Notes: generated by a model not told the origin, from the sequence alone. Positions 1 through 11,825 are shown, counted from the first letter of the stretch. The stretch: 64,000 nt of DNA from Alphaproteobacteria bacterium (GCA_963694715.1 CAVOEB010000002.1:4305-68304), one strand, 5' to 3'. Numbers and translations: made by a program.

Positions 1-803
1 TGGGCGGAGCAGTCGTACCAGTCACCGGTGGTGGAATCGACACGGGTCAAAGCCTCTTCATACTGCAACAGCAGCGCTTCATGGCAGGTATGGAACTCGG
101 TCTCGCGGATCTGCGGCGTGGTCTCGGAATTAAGCCCGCAGGCGGCCATGAAGCTCAAGGTCTCCGACAGCCGGTTGGCAAGATCTTCGTACTGCGCGCC
201 CTGAGCGCTGCGCGCGACGAAGCCGAGATTCCAGCGGTGCACTTCATGGAGGTCGGCATAGCCGCCCTGGGAGAAGGCGCGCAGCAGGTTGAGCGTAGCC
301 GCGGATTGACCGTAGCCGCGCAACAGACGCGTGGGATTGGGCTCGCGCGCCTCTGCGGTAAAATCCATCGCGTTGACCATGTCGCCGCGATAGGACGGCA
401 ATGAGATACCGTCCCGCTCCTCCATATCGCCGGAGCGGGGCTTGGCGAACTGGCCGGCGAGCCGGCCCACCTTCACCACCGGGCAGGCCGCTCCGAAGGT
501 CAGCACGATGGCCATTTGGAGCAGCACCCGGAAGGTATCGCGAATGTTATCGGCGTGGAATTCGGCGAAGCTCTCGGCGCAATCGCCGCCCTGGAGCAGG
601 AAAGCGCGGCCCTCGGCAACCTCGGCAAGTCGCGCGCGCAGGCGACGCGCTTCGCCCGCGAAGACGAGAGGGGGCGAGCCGCGCAGCTCGGTCTCGGCAG
701 CGGCGAGCGCCTGTGCAGGCCACTCGGGCTGCTGCAGTATCGGGCGCGCACGCCAGCTGTCCGGGTTCCAAGCCCCCGGGGAGGATTTGGATTTTTTTGA
801 CAT
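1..803 (-). CDS. Class II 3-deoxy-7-phosphoheptulonate (DAHP) synthase, N-terminal ~267 aa; the 3-prime end runs off the window
   Basis: Reverse-strand translation from the ATG at 803-801 reads [29 protein letters not shown]...[12 protein letters not shown]...[16 protein letters not shown]...SYRGDMVNA, matching the class II (AroAII/Mtb AroG-type) DAHP synthase family. It is missing from the ORF track only because no stop lies inside the window. Confidence 0.85.
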   Translation of the reverse strand, partial: MSKKSKSSPGAWNPDSWRARPILQQPEWPAQALAAAETELRGSPPLVFAGEARRLRARLAEVAEGRAFLLQGGDCAESFAEFHADNIRDTFRVLLQMAIVLTFGAACPVVKVGRLAGQFAKPRSGDMEERDGISLPSYRGDMVNAMDFTAEAREPNPTRLLRGYGQSAATLNLLRAFSQGGYADLHEVHRWNLGFVARSAQGAQYEDLANRLSETLSFMAACGLNSETTPQIRETEFHTCHEALLLQYEEALTRVDSTTGDWYDCSA

Positions 804-842
804 GGCGATTGGATATACGCGCAAACCGCCGAATTTTCCAGC

Positions 843-2207
843 CTATTCCGCGGCTTGTGCCACCGGCTCATAAAGGGTCACGAACTCTTCCGCCGAGGTC
901 GGGTGGACCGCCATGGTGGCATCGAACTGGGCCTTGGTCACCCCCGCCTTGACACAGATGCCGAAGATCTGGGCGATCTCGCCCGAGCTCGGGCCCAGCA
1001 TGTGGCAACCGACGACCCGGTCGCTCTCGGGCTCGACGATCAGCTTCATTAGGGTTTTTTCGTCGCGCTTCGTGATGGTGTGCTTGAGCGGACGGAAGCG
1101 GGTTTGGAAAATTTTCACGTCGCCGTATTCCGCCCGGGCCTCGGCCTCGGTCATGCCCACGGTGCCCATCTCGGGCTGAGTGAACACGGCGGTGGGCACG
1201 TCACGGTGATCGGGCGCCTGGGGATTGTCGTTGTAGAGGGTCTCGGCCAGGCAGCGGCCTTCGTGAACCGCCACGGGCGTCAGGTTAACCCGGTCGGTGC
1301 AGTCGCCGATGGCATAGATGTTCTCGACGTTGGTCCGCGACCACTGGTCGACCACGACCGCGCCCTTCTTGTTAAGCTCGATGCCGGCCTCGGCGAGGCC
1401 GATGCCATGGGTGTTGGGCGCCCGCCCGGTCGCGTACATGACCTGATCGGCCTTGAGCGTCTCGCCCTGGGTGGTGTGGGCAATCAGCCGGTCGCCGGAT
1501 TTTTCGATCGCCCCGACATTGTCCTTGAAGCGAATATCGACGCCGTTATTGCGCATCTCTTCGGCAAGGCAATTGCGCAGATCGTCGTCGAAGCCACGCA
1601 GGAACATCTCGCCGCGGTAAAGCTGCGTAGTTTCGACGCCCAGGCCGTTGAAAATTCCGGCGAACTCGCAGGCGATATAGCCGCCGCCCACGATGACGAC
1701 CTTGCCCGGCTTCTCGTCGAGCAGGAACGCCTCGTTCGAGGTGATGGCGTGCTCGATGCCTGGAATCTCCGGCACGGTGGGCCAGCCGCCCGTCGCGATC
1801 CAGATGGTCTTGGCGGTGTAGGTCTTATCACCGACCCGCACGGTGTGGGGATCGACGAGTTCGCCATGCTCGGGCAGATAGGTAACGTTCGATCCCTCGA
1901 GCAGACCATCATAGATGCCGTTCAAGCGATCGAGCTCGGCGTTTATGTTAGTCATCATGGTGGCCCAGTCGTGCCGGGTCTCGCCCACCGTCCAGCCGTA
2001 ATTGGCGGCATCGGCGAATTCCTCGTGGAAATGCGAGGCGTAGACCATCATTTTCTTGGGCACGCAGCCGCGGTTTACGCAGGTGCCGCCGATACGGCTC
2101 TCCTCGCAAATCGCGACGCGCGCGCCGTAAGAGCCCGCGCGCCGGCCGCCGGCGACGCCGCCCGAGCCCGCACCAAAAACAAAAAGATCGAAGTCGTAAC
2201 TGGCCAC
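843..2207 (-). CDS. gor: Glutathione-disulfide reductase
   Basis: 454-aa ORF with GxGxxG FAD motif, redox-active GGTCVNRGCVPKK disulfide and the C-terminal HPTSAEE signature typical of Gor. Probable GTG start. Confidence 0.85.
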   Translation of the reverse strand: MASYDFDLFVFGAGSGGVAGGRRAGSYGARVAICEESRIGGTCVNRGCVPKKMMVYASHFHEEFADAANYGWTVGETRHDWATMMTNINAELDRLNGIYDGLLEGSNVTYLPEHGELVDPHTVRVGDKTYTAKTIWIATGGWPTVPEIPGIEHAITSNEAFLLDEKPGKVVIVGGGYIACEFAGIFNGLGVETTQLYRGEMFLRGFDDDLRNCLAEEMRNNGVDIRFKDNVGAIEKSGDRLIAHTTQGETLKADQVMYATGRAPNTHGIGLAEAGIELNKKGAVVVDQWSRTNVENIYAIGDCTDRVNLTPVAVHEGRCLAETLYNDNPQAPDHRDVPTAVFTQPEMGTVGMTEAEARAEYGDVKIFQTRFRPLKHTITKRDEKTLMKLIVEPESDRVVGCHMLGPSSGEIAQIFGICVKAGVTKAQFDATMAVHPTSAEEFVTLYEPVAQAAE

Positions 2208-2320
2208 GGGTTTCCCTTTTTTTGGTCTTATTGAAGCCGCCAGGACTGTGCGCCGTGGCCAATAGCCGGGGGCTTATGATACTTGCTAGTTACTCCTCTT
2301 CATACTTCCAAAAGCATAAA

Positions 2321-3787
2321 TCAGCTATCGAGCCCGCCGACGCAGTGGTATTTGACCTCGAGGAACTCGTCGATGCCGTGATGGCTGCCCTCGCGGCCGA
2401 TGCCGGATTCCTTCATGCCGCCGAACGGGGCCTCGGGCGCTGAGATGATGCCTACATTGACGCCGATGATGCCGTATTCAAGCGCTTCGGCAACCCTCCA
2501 GACCTTGCCGATGTCGCGGCTGTAGAAATAGGCCGCGAGACCGAACTCGGTGTCGTTGGCGAGCCGGATCGCCTCGTCTTCGTCCTCAAAACGGAAGAGC
2601 GGCGCGACGGGGCCGAAGGTTTCCTCGCGCGCGACCTTCATCTGGGTATCGACCCCGGTGAGCACGGTGGGCTCGAAGAAGGTACCGCCGAGAGCGTGAC
2701 GTTTGCCGCCGGTGGCGACCTTGGCACCCTTCGAGACCGCATCCTCGATATGCTCCTCGACCTTTTCGACGCCCGCCATGTCGATCATCGGCCCCTGCTC
2801 GGAGCCGCCCTCGAGGCCGGGCGCTACCTTGAGCTTCGCCGCCGCCTTGGCGAAGGCGGTAGCGAACTTGTCGTAGACGCCATCCTGGACGAGAAAACGG
2901 TTCGCACAGACGCAGGTCTGGCCCGCGTTGCGGTATTTCGACTGCATTGCGCCGACGATGGCAGCGTCGATGTCGGCATCGTCGAACACGATGAAGGGCG
3001 CGTTGCCGCCCAGCTCCATCGAGACCTTCTTGACGGTGCTCGCGCATTGCTCGATCAGCTTTTTACCGACCTCGGTCGAGCCGGTGAAGGTCAGTTTGCG
3101 CACGATGGGGTTCGAGGTAAGCTCGCCGCCAATGGCGCCGGACGCACCGGTCACAACGGAGATGAGGCCCGCGGGAACCCCGGCACGCTCGGCCAGCTCG
3201 CACAGCGCCAGCGCCGAATAGGGTGTCGCAGTCGCGGGCTTGATGACCATCGGACAGCCCGCCGCCAGCGCGGGGCCCGCCTTGCGGGTGATCATGGCGG
3301 TCGGGAAATTCCACGGCGTGATCGCCGCGGTCACGCCGATGGGCTCCTTGGTCACGATGATGCGCCGGTCGGACAGGGCTGCGGGAATGGTCTCGCCGTA
3401 AACACGGCGCGCCTCTTCGGAGAACCAGTCGAGAAAGCCCGCGGCATAGGCAATCTCGCCCTTGGCCTCGGCGAGCGGCTTGCCCTGCTCGGCGGTCATG
3501 ATAACGGCGAGGTCTTCCTGGTTTGCCATCATCAGCTCGTACCAGTTGCGCAATATGACGCTGCGCTCCTTGGCCGAATTGGCGCGCCATGCCGGATAGG
3601 CCGCGCTGGCCGCCTCGATCGCGCGGCGGGTCTCGGCGGCGCCCATCTTGGGCACCGTACCCAGGACCGATCCGTCGGCCGGGTTTGTGACCTCGATGGT
3701 TTCGCCGGAATCGGCATCCTGCCATTCGCCGCCGATATAGCATTGCTGGCGAAACAGGCCCGAATCCTTCAGGTTCAGCGCGCTCAT
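2321..3787 (-). CDS. gabD: NADP-dependent succinate-semialdehyde dehydrogenase (aldehyde dehydrogenase family)
   Basis: 488-aa ORF with typical ALDH motifs (TFTGSTEVGK, ELGGNAP, catalytic Cys region QTCVCANR). The N-terminal pattern resembles GabD. Confidence 0.85.
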   Translation of the reverse strand: MSALNLKDSGLFRQQCYIGGEWQDADSGETIEVTNPADGSVLGTVPKMGAAETRRAIEAASAAYPAWRANSAKERSVILRNWYELMMANQEDLAVIMTAEQGKPLAEAKGEIAYAAGFLDWFSEEARRVYGETIPAALSDRRIIVTKEPIGVTAAITPWNFPTAMITRKAGPALAAGCPMVIKPATATPYSALALCELAERAGVPAGLISVVTGASGAIGGELTSNPIVRKLTFTGSTEVGKKLIEQCASTVKKVSMELGGNAPFIVFDDADIDAAIVGAMQSKYRNAGQTCVCANRFLVQDGVYDKFATAFAKAAAKLKVAPGLEGGSEQGPMIDMAGVEKVEEHIEDAVSKGAKVATGGKRHALGGTFFEPTVLTGVDTQMKVAREETFGPVAPLFRFEDEDEAIRLANDTEFGLAAYFYSRDIGKVWRVAEALEYGIIGVNVGIISAPEAPFGGMKESGIGREGSHHGIDEFLEVKYHCVGGLDS

Positions 3788-3869
3788 GATGCTTTCTCCC
3801 CTTCCAAATAGCGTGACGGGCGCGCACCGCGCGCCTCCGTGTTTCCAATCGTTATCGCGTGCAGCGGGC

Positions 3870-4769
3870 TCAGCTGTCGAGCAACTCGCTGATCTTGGTA
3901 CCCTCCCAGCCCTCGTTGCGCCGTGTCCAGTAGCTGTTGTGCAACTGGCTGGTGATCATGCCCGGCGCCCCGTTGCCCAGCGGCTTGTCGTCGATCGCCG
4001 TGACCGGCAGGACGCCGCCGGCAGACGAGGTCGCGAACGCTTCGTCGGCGTTACGCAGCTCGTCGGGATGGACCTTGCGGACCTCACAGGGAATGCCCTC
4101 GATCTCGCACAACTCGAGGGCGGTTCGGCGCGAAATGCCAAGCAGACAGTTTGCGTTGGGCGTCGCCGCCACGCCGTCCTTGACGACGAAGATGTTGAAG
4201 CCCGGCCCTTCCGAGAGATTGCCGTCGGGACCGCACAGCACCGCGTCGTCGCGGCCCGCCTCGTAGGCCTCGTACTGGCTCTGGATGAGATCGGCCCAGT
4301 GAAAATTCTTGTAGCGGGTGTCCACCGCCTTGCTCGAAATCCGCTCGATGCTCGACATGTGAATATTGACGCCCGCCTTGCTCTTCTCTTCACCCCACAG
4401 CCAGATATAGGGGCTGACGTAACAGGTGAACTGGTTCTCGCAAAGCCGGGGATCGCGCGTGCCCTCGGGGTACTGGCCGCGGGTGACGTGCATATGGATG
4501 AAGCCCGCGTCTTCGCATTCGGCGCGGCGCGTGCATTCGGCCAGCAGCTTTGCGGTCTCCTCGTCGGAATAGGGGTTTTTCAGGCGGAACCCGCCGCACG
4601 ACGCGCCGAAGCGCTCGAGATGCTCATCGAGCCTGAAAATCCAACCTTTCCAAGAAGTTGTGACGTCGTAAACGACGTCGGAGTGGAGGAATCCCGTGTC
4701 GAAGATAGAAATCTTGGCGTCTTCGAGAGAAACGAATTTGCCGCCGATGAACGCGCAGCCCATTGACAT
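3870..4769 (-). CDS. PLP fold-type IV aminotransferase (branched-chain / D-amino-acid aminotransferase family)
   Basis: ORF 3870..4799. I chose the internal start MSMGCAF at 4769 because it is preceded by AGGGAG, 7 nt upstream. The family fold is recognisable, but substrate specificity is not determinable. Confidence 0.7.
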   Translation of the reverse strand: MSMGCAFIGGKFVSLEDAKISIFDTGFLHSDVVYDVTTSWKGWIFRLDEHLERFGASCGGFRLKNPYSDEETAKLLAECTRRAECEDAGFIHMHVTRGQYPEGTRDPRLCENQFTCYVSPYIWLWGEEKSKAGVNIHMSSIERISSKAVDTRYKNFHWADLIQSQYEAYEAGRDDAVLCGPDGNLSEGPGFNIFVVKDGVAATPNANCLLGISRRTALELCEIEGIPCEVRKVHPDELRNADEAFATSSAGGVLPVTAIDDKPLGNGAPGMITSQLHNSYWTRRNEGWEGTKISELLDS

Positions 4770-4877
4770 CCGAGCATCTCCCTTTCCGATAACCGCCATG
4801 CAGTCTGTTGCGCTAATCTGAGGCCACGGTAGTCCACCGGCCGGGCCCTGACAAGCTCGCGCCGAGCGGCCCGAAGG

Positions 4878-6032
4878 TCAGCTGAGCGCGGCCTCGAAAT
4901 CAGCGATCAGCTCGGCGGCATCCTCGAGCCCGACGGAGCAGCGCACGAGGCCCGGGGTGATGCCCAGGGCCACGCGCTCGGCCTCCGGGACCAGCGCGTG
5001 CGAGGTGCGCACGGGAAGTGTTACGAGGGTTTCCGGGCCGCCCAGGCTGGGTGCGACGACGGGGATATCGAGCGCGGCGAGTAGCCGCTCAGCCGCCGAC
5101 TCGCCGGCCGCCATCTCGAACGCCAGCATCGCACCGAAACCGTCGAGCAGCGCGGCGGCGCGGGCATGATCGGGGTGGCTTTTCAGGCCGGGGTAACTGA
5201 CCCGGGAAACCGCAGGGTGGGCCTCAAGCGCGCGAGCCAGCGCAAGCGCGCTGGCTTCCTGCTGACGCAGGCGCAGTGCCAGCGTGGTCAGGCCGCGACG
5301 GACCAGGAAGCAGGCGTGGGGGTCGAGCGAGCCGCCCAGGCTCCACTGGGTGGCGCGCACCGTCTCGACCAGATCGGTGCGCCCGATCACGGCGCCCGCG
5401 ACGACGTCGGAATGGCCGTTGAGGTATTTCGTGGCGCTGTGGACCGAGAGGTCGTAGCCCGCCTCGGGGGGCCGGAAATTCGCCGGCGTGGCAAAGGTGT
5501 TGTCGATCACCGAGACCAGACCGTGGGTTTTGGCGAACTCAACGATACGGGGATGATCGGGAACCCGGACCAGGGGGTTGGTGACGGTCTCGACATAGAC
5601 TAGGCGGGTCTCGGGCGTGACGCGATCGGACCAGCCGTCGATGTCCTCGGCAGAGACCGGCGTGTTCGTAACCCCGTAGCGGGCAAGCAGGCCGTTGAGC
5701 AGGTCGTAGGTGCCGCCGTAGAGGCTGTCGAGTACCAGCATGTGATCGCCGGGCGAGACCAGAGACATCAGGGTGGTCGAAATCGCCGCCATGCCGCTTG
5801 AGGTGACCAACGCCGCCTCGGCGCCTTCGAGGGAGGCCAGGGCCTCGCCGAGCGCGAGCTGGTTGGGCGTATTGTTGTAGCGGATATAGCGCGTGCCGCG
5901 CGGATCGCCGACCCCGGTGGATTCGAACGTCGCGGTCTGAAAGATCGGCGTGATGACCGCGCCGTCGACACGCGGCTCAGGGGTGCCGCCATGAACGAGC
6001 TTGGTGGCGAAGGCCTTGGGTGGCTTCTTCAC
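4878..6032 (-). CDS. Cys/Met-metabolism PLP-dependent enzyme (cystathionine gamma-synthase / beta-lyase / methionine gamma-lyase family)
   Basis: 384-aa ORF with N-terminal TKLVHGG and the overall trans-sulfuration enzyme pattern, including the PLP-lysine region SATKYLNGHSD. Confidence 0.8.
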   Translation of the reverse strand: MKKPPKAFATKLVHGGTPEPRVDGAVITPIFQTATFESTGVGDPRGTRYIRYNNTPNQLALGEALASLEGAEAALVTSSGMAAISTTLMSLVSPGDHMLVLDSLYGGTYDLLNGLLARYGVTNTPVSAEDIDGWSDRVTPETRLVYVETVTNPLVRVPDHPRIVEFAKTHGLVSVIDNTFATPANFRPPEAGYDLSVHSATKYLNGHSDVVAGAVIGRTDLVETVRATQWSLGGSLDPHACFLVRRGLTTLALRLRQQEASALALARALEAHPAVSRVSYPGLKSHPDHARAAALLDGFGAMLAFEMAAGESAAERLLAALDIPVVAPSLGGPETLVTLPVRTSHALVPEAERVALGITPGLVRCSVGLEDAAELIADFEAALS

Positions 6033-6069
6033 GGAGGCGTCTCCTTACGAATTTGTCCGGTCGGGCCGG

Positions 6070-6921
6070 TCAGGCGCCGAGGACGGCTGCGTGGTGGCGC
6101 AGGTGATTCTCAATGAAACTGCTGATGAAATAATAGCTGTGGTCGTAGCCGTCCTGCAAGCGAAGCTCGAGCTTCTGGCCGCCTGCCTTGCACGCTGCGA
6201 GGAACGCGTCGGGCAGAAGCAGGCTGTCCTTGAACTCGTCGCCCGAGCCCTGATCGACGAGGAAGGTCAGATCGTCGCGCGCCGCGCCGAGTACCAACTC
6301 ACAGGCGTCATAGGCGCGCCACGCGGCCTCGTCCGGGCCCAGATAACCGGCGAACGCCTTTTGCCCGACCTCACAGCGGGTCGGGTTGCAGATCGGCGCA
6401 AAGGCCGAGCAGGAGCGGTAGAGATCGGGATTGCGCAGCGCGGCGACCAGCGCGCCGTGACCACCCATGGAATGGCCGAAGATGCCTTGGCGCTCTTCGT
6501 CGGCCGGAAAGTGCTCGGTGATGTAGGCGGGCAATTCCTGGGTGACGTAGGAGTACATCTGGTAATGGGCCGACCAGGGCGCTTGCGTCGCATCGCAATA
6601 AAACCCCGCGCCGGAGCCGAAATTCCACGCCTCGTCCTCGCCCGCGATGCCGGTGCCACGCGGGCTGGTGTCGGGGGCAACGATCATCAGGCCGAGCTCG
6701 GCCGCGACGCGCTGGGCACCCGCCTTGATCGTGAAGTTCTCCTCGGTGCAGGTCAGCCCGGAGAGGTAAGTGAGCACGGGCACGGGGCCCTGCTCGGCCT
6801 GGGGCGGGTGAAACACGGAAAATCGCATCTCGCCGGCGCAAGCGTCGGAGACGTGGCTGTAAAAGCGGGTCGCGCCGCCGAAATGGCGGTGCTCCTCGCG
6901 CAAAACGGGTGCGGCACTCAT
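6070..6921 (-). CDS. frmB: S-formylglutathione hydrolase (esterase D family)
   Basis: 283-aa ORF with the GHSMGGHGA serine-hydrolase motif and FghA-like N-terminus. It sits immediately downstream of frmA with no gap. Confidence 0.85.
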   Translation of the reverse strand: MSAAPVLREEHRHFGGATRFYSHVSDACAGEMRFSVFHPPQAEQGPVPVLTYLSGLTCTEENFTIKAGAQRVAAELGLMIVAPDTSPRGTGIAGEDEAWNFGSGAGFYCDATQAPWSAHYQMYSYVTQELPAYITEHFPADEERQGIFGHSMGGHGALVAALRNPDLYRSCSAFAPICNPTRCEVGQKAFAGYLGPDEAAWRAYDACELVLGAARDDLTFLVDQGSGDEFKDSLLLPDAFLAACKAGGQKLELRLQDGYDHSYYFISSFIENHLRHHAAVLGA

Positions 6922-8031
<1,110 letters not shown>

Positions 8032-8124
8032 GTCGTCTCCCCCTCGGCTGACCTGGTTTGGCTGGCCCCGACTATAGCCGCGCAGGACGGGTCCATCCAA
8101 GCCCCAAGACGGGGCCGGCACCGA

Positions 8125-9120
8125 TTATTCAAGGCGGAAGACGACCGGGACATCGACCACCGCCTGAACGGGCTGCCCGGCCACAAGCGCCGGTGCGAAA
8201 CGCCAGCGACGGACTGCGTCGAGCGCGGCCTCGTCGAGCAGGGCGTAACCGCTGCTGGTACGCAGCTCGACGGCGACGGGCGCACCATCGGCGAGCACCG
8301 TCACTGCGAGCAGGGCCTCGCCTTCCTGACCGCGCCGGCGCGCGAGACGCGGATAATCGGGCCACGGGTTGTCGAGCCCCGGAAGATCAAACAGCGGCGC
8401 GCGGTCCACGCCCGGCCCTGCGACGGCGGGCGCCGCACCGGGCTCCGCGTTAGCCACTCTCGGGGGGGCTTCGCTCGTGGTGCTCGCCGCCGTCTCGACG
8501 GCCTGTCCCAGTACGGATGAGGCAGAGGCCTCAACCAATTGCACCGAGGGTATGGCAACGGGACGAGTAGTGACTGGGGCGGCGCGCGCGGCAGCCAGTG
8601 CAGGCTTTGCCGTGAGCGTCAGCAGGGCGAGCGCGGCCAGGGTAGCTGTCGGGATTTCGGGCTCGGCGAGTTCGGGCTCGGATTCCAGTGGCGGCCCGGC
8701 GGTGGGCTCGATGGCGGCGAGCTCGGCGACGTGTGCGATCTCTAAGGCCGGCCCAACAACCGGTTCCGGTTCGGGGCGTACTATCGACGCTTCAACGACG
8801 ACGGGCTGGGCCGCAGGTGGTTCGATGACCGTCTCGACGGGGCTGACCTCGGCGGGGTTGGCGTTCTGCATCGCCGGTGGCGTTGCCGTCGCGGGCGTAT
8901 CGGCAGCGGCTTGCGGCGCGGCGCCGACGATCTCGACCACGAGGGCGGCGCCCTCCCCCGCCGCGTCGCGCGGCCCCGCGGCCGGCCACAGCAGAACCGC
9001 CGCGACGGCGGCATGGACCAGCAGGGAAATAGCGAGTGCTATTAGCATGACGCGCACGCGCCAACGCCGGGGCGAGGCCGCCTCGGCGACGATCCGGGGG
9101 CCGACGGCGAGCGTGGTCAT
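8125..9120 (-). CDS. tonB: Energy transducer TonB
   Basis: N-terminal membrane anchor, long Pro/Ala/Glu-rich spacer and a conserved TonB C-terminal domain. Last gene of the btu operon. Confidence 0.75.
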   Translation of the reverse strand: MTTLAVGPRIVAEAASPRRWRVRVMLIALAISLLVHAAVAAVLLWPAAGPRDAAGEGAALVVEIVGAAPQAAADTPATATPPAMQNANPAEVSPVETVIEPPAAQPVVVEASIVRPEPEPVVGPALEIAHVAELAAIEPTAGPPLESEPELAEPEIPTATLAALALLTLTAKPALAAARAAPVTTRPVAIPSVQLVEASASSVLGQAVETAASTTSEAPPRVANAEPGAAPAVAGPGVDRAPLFDLPGLDNPWPDYPRLARRRGQEGEALLAVTVLADGAPVAVELRTSSGYALLDEAALDAVRRWRFAPALVAGQPVQAVVDVPVVFRLE

Positions 9121-9917
9121 GGCGCAGTTTCCGGCCGCTCGGGAGCGAGACAGCGCCAGGGCAGGACATAGCCCTGGCCGTCGACCTCACCGCGCAAGGC
9201 AGCGATGCCGTAGGTCTCGCGCAAATTCTCTTCGGAGAGCACGGCCATGGGCGCCCCTTCGGCAACCGCATGGCCGTCGTTGAGCAACACGAGACGGTGG
9301 CAAAAACGGGCAGCCAGGGCGAGGTCGTGAAGCACAACCAGCACGCCGCCGCCCTTGGCCGCAACGCCGGCGATCAACTCCATGACCCGAAGCTGGTGGT
9401 AGGGATCGAGCGCGGTGACGGGCTCATCCGCCAGGAGCAGGCGCGGTTCGACCGCGAGCGCCCGGGCGATCAGGACGCGCATGCGCTCGCCGTCGGACAG
9501 CTCGGTTACCGGCCGCGCGGCAAACGCGGTGACGTCCGCCTCGCTCATGGCGCGCGCGATCGCCTCGCGGTCCGTCCGCGCCGGGCGCTGCCACGGGCCG
9601 AGATGGGGCAGGCGGCCCAGCGCCACGACGCGCTCGACGGCAAGCGGCCAATGCACGCCAGCGCCCTGCGCGAGATAGGCAACCTCGCGCGCCAACGCCC
9701 GGCGCCGACCGCGAGCCGGAGGCGCGCCGACGATCTCAAGCCGCGTGAACGTCGCCGGCACGAGCCCAGCCGACGCCTTGAGCAAGGAGGTCTTGCCCGC
9801 GCCGTTGGGTCCGATCAGGCCGACCACCTCGCCCGGCCTGACGTCGAGATCGACGGCGTCGAGCACGGTGTGCTCGCCGTAGCGGACGATCAGTGCGCGG
9901 GCGGTGAGCAGGCTCAT
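9117..9917 (-). CDS. btuD: ABC transporter ATP-binding protein (FecE/FhuC/BtuD family)
   Basis: Walker A GPNGAGKTSLL, LSDGERMRVLIARAL signature and Walker B. Overlaps neighbours by 4 nt. The B12 assignment is inferred from the upstream riboswitch. Confidence 0.75.
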   Translation of the reverse strand: MSLLTARALIVRYGEHTVLDAVDLDVRPGEVVGLIGPNGAGKTSLLKASAGLVPATFTRLEIVGAPPARGRRRALAREVAYLAQGAGVHWPLAVERVVALGRLPHLGPWQRPARTDREAIARAMSEADVTAFAARPVTELSDGERMRVLIARALAVEPRLLLADEPVTALDPYHQLRVMELIAGVAAKGGGVLVVLHDLALAARFCHRLVLLNDGHAVAEGAPMAVLSEENLRETYGIAALRGEVDGQGYVLPWRCLAPERPETAP

Positions 9918-10945
9918 AGCACCTCCCGGCGAACCTTGACGACGAGCCAGAGGAAGAACGGCGCGCCTACCAGGGCGGTAAAGACGCCGAGCCGAAGCTC
10001 GGGCCCGGTTGAGACCAGACGCACGGCGATGTCTGCGGCCAGGGTCAGCGACGCGCCGCCGAGCGCACTCGCGGGCAACAACACGCCCGGCCGGTGGCCG
10101 ACCAACGGGCGTAGGATGTGGGGCACGACCAACCCGATAAAGCCGATACTGCCCGCCACCGACACGGCTGCGCCGACGGCGAGAGCGACGCCGAGTACGA
10201 GACGCAGCCGCAGCCGCTTGAGATCGACGCCGAGCGTGCGCGCGGTCTCTTCGCCTAACGACAGGGCCTCAAGAGGCCGGCCCAACCCGGCTAATAAGAT
10301 CCAGCCCACCACCATGAAGGGGGCGGCGAGCTGGACATGCTCGAAGCTGCGGTCGGCCAGCGAGCCGAGCAGCCAGAACAGGATCTCCATCGCCGCGTAG
10401 GGATTGGGCGCGAGGCTGAGCGCCAGAGAAGTGAGCGCGGCGGCGAGGCTGTTGATGGCGATGCCCGCCAGGATCAGTGACAACCCACTGCTGCCGCGGC
10501 CCGCGAGCAGGTGGATCAGTACCACCGAGACGAGCGCGCCGGCCATGCCGCCGAGCGGCAAGGCGAGGGGAAAGGCGGCGGCGAACCCGAAATAAAACAT
10601 CACCACGGCGCCCAGCGCCGCCGAACCAGAAACTCCGATCAGCGAGGGCTCGGCCAGCGGATTGCGCAACAGGCCCTGGAGCGCCGCGCCGGCCAGCCCC
10701 AGGGTGGCGCCGATCATGGTGGCGAGGATCGCCCGGGGCAGGCGGATTTCCTGCAGGATCAGCGCCAGGACCGAGCCGTTGTCGGCAAACAGGTGGCCGT
10801 AGGATTCGATCAGCGGGATCGGCGCGCGGCCGACCCCGAGCGAAAGCAAGAAGAGGACCAGAACGAGCAAACTGAGGCCGGCGAACAGCCAGCCGTCGCT
10901 CCGCCCGGCGAGGCGGCCCGATGCGCTCGCCGCGGGGCCGCTCAC
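9914..10945 (-). CDS. btuC: FecCD-family ABC permease
   Basis: 343-aa polytopic membrane protein of the FecCD/BtuC family. Confidence 0.75.
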   Translation of the reverse strand: MSGPAASASGRLAGRSDGWLFAGLSLLVLVLFLLSLGVGRAPIPLIESYGHLFADNGSVLALILQEIRLPRAILATMIGATLGLAGAALQGLLRNPLAEPSLIGVSGSAALGAVVMFYFGFAAAFPLALPLGGMAGALVSVVLIHLLAGRGSSGLSLILAGIAINSLAAALTSLALSLAPNPYAAMEILFWLLGSLADRSFEHVQLAAPFMVVGWILLAGLGRPLEALSLGEETARTLGVDLKRLRLRLVLGVALAVGAAVSVAGSIGFIGLVVPHILRPLVGHRPGVLLPASALGGASLTLAADIAVRLVSTGPELRLGVFTALVGAPFFLWLVVKVRREVL

Positions 10946-11799
10946 GGCGCTTCTCCATCATTGACATCGAGCGCCGCGCGCGCCGCGTCGGCCAGAAACG
11001 CCACCGCCTCGGCGAGAAACTCGCCGCCGCAGATCCACAACCGCGAGGGCACGAACAGCGTGGGGCGCTGGGCGATCGCATGCTGGAGCGCGGGATGGCG
11101 CAACAGGGTCTGGCCGAGCGACGCGGCGCCGGGCCAGTAACGCTCCATGAGCAGGACGTCGGGGTCGGCCGCGAGCAGACGCTCGAGCGAGAGGTAGCCG
11201 CCCACGCCTAGTCCGACCCGGGGGGCGAGGTTGATCAACCCCGCCTGACCGAGCAGGTCGTCGATTAGGGACGGTGCGCCGATGGTATGGCCGTTGGTCT
11301 GATAGACGGCAGCCACGGGGCGCCAGGCGCCCACGGGCGGGGCCAGAGCGGCGAGCCGGGCGTCGAGCGCGGCAAGCAGCGCCTCCGCCCGCACCGCTTC
11401 GCCGATCGCGGCTCCGACCTCGCGGATCTGCTCGCGCACGTCGGCAAGACTTTGGGCAACGGGCAGCTCGAGCACCGGAACGTCCAAGCGGCGCAGCAGG
11501 TTGACAGTGGCGCGGGTACTCATCGTGCCCGCCAGGACCAGATCGGGATGGAGCAGCAGCACCTCGTCGGCGCTGCCGCGCACGACCGGGAAGCGCTCGG
11601 CTTCGGCCGCGTGGTAGGAAAGATAGGGATCGCGCGCCACGAAGCTAAGGGCCGCGATGTGTTCGGGCTCAGCCAGCTCGAGCAGGATTTGGTCGGCGCA
11701 AAGGTTGAGGGAGACGATGCGCTCGGACTTGGCAACTGCCGACTCCGCCAACAGGAGCAGCAGCAGTACCAGCGCCAGAATCACGGTTGCAAAACGCAT
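10942..11799 (-). CDS. btuF: Periplasmic substrate-binding protein (BtuF/siderophore-binding class)
   Basis: Signal peptide MRFATVILALVLLLLLLAESAVA followed by a class III SBP-like fold (IVSLNLCADQILLEL). Confidence 0.7.
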   Translation of the reverse strand: MRFATVILALVLLLLLLAESAVAKSERIVSLNLCADQILLELAEPEHIAALSFVARDPYLSYHAAEAERFPVVRGSADEVLLLHPDLVLAGTMSTRATVNLLRRLDVPVLELPVAQSLADVREQIREVGAAIGEAVRAEALLAALDARLAALAPPVGAWRPVAAVYQTNGHTIGAPSLIDDLLGQAGLINLAPRVGLGVGGYLSLERLLAADPDVLLMERYWPGAASLGQTLLRHPALQHAIAQRPTLFVPSRLWICGGEFLAEAVAFLADAARAALDVNDGEAP

Positions 11800-11825
11800 C
11801 GTCCCCCCTCCCTTCTCCCGCAGCG

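Noticed and set aside
1080-3811. Long plus-strand ORFs 1080..2234 and 2696..3811
   Set aside because: Antisense to gor and gabD. Low-complexity R/G/A-rich translations.
9270-10400. 376-aa plus-strand ORF
   Set aside because: Antisense to the btuD/btuC genes. Low-complexity translation.
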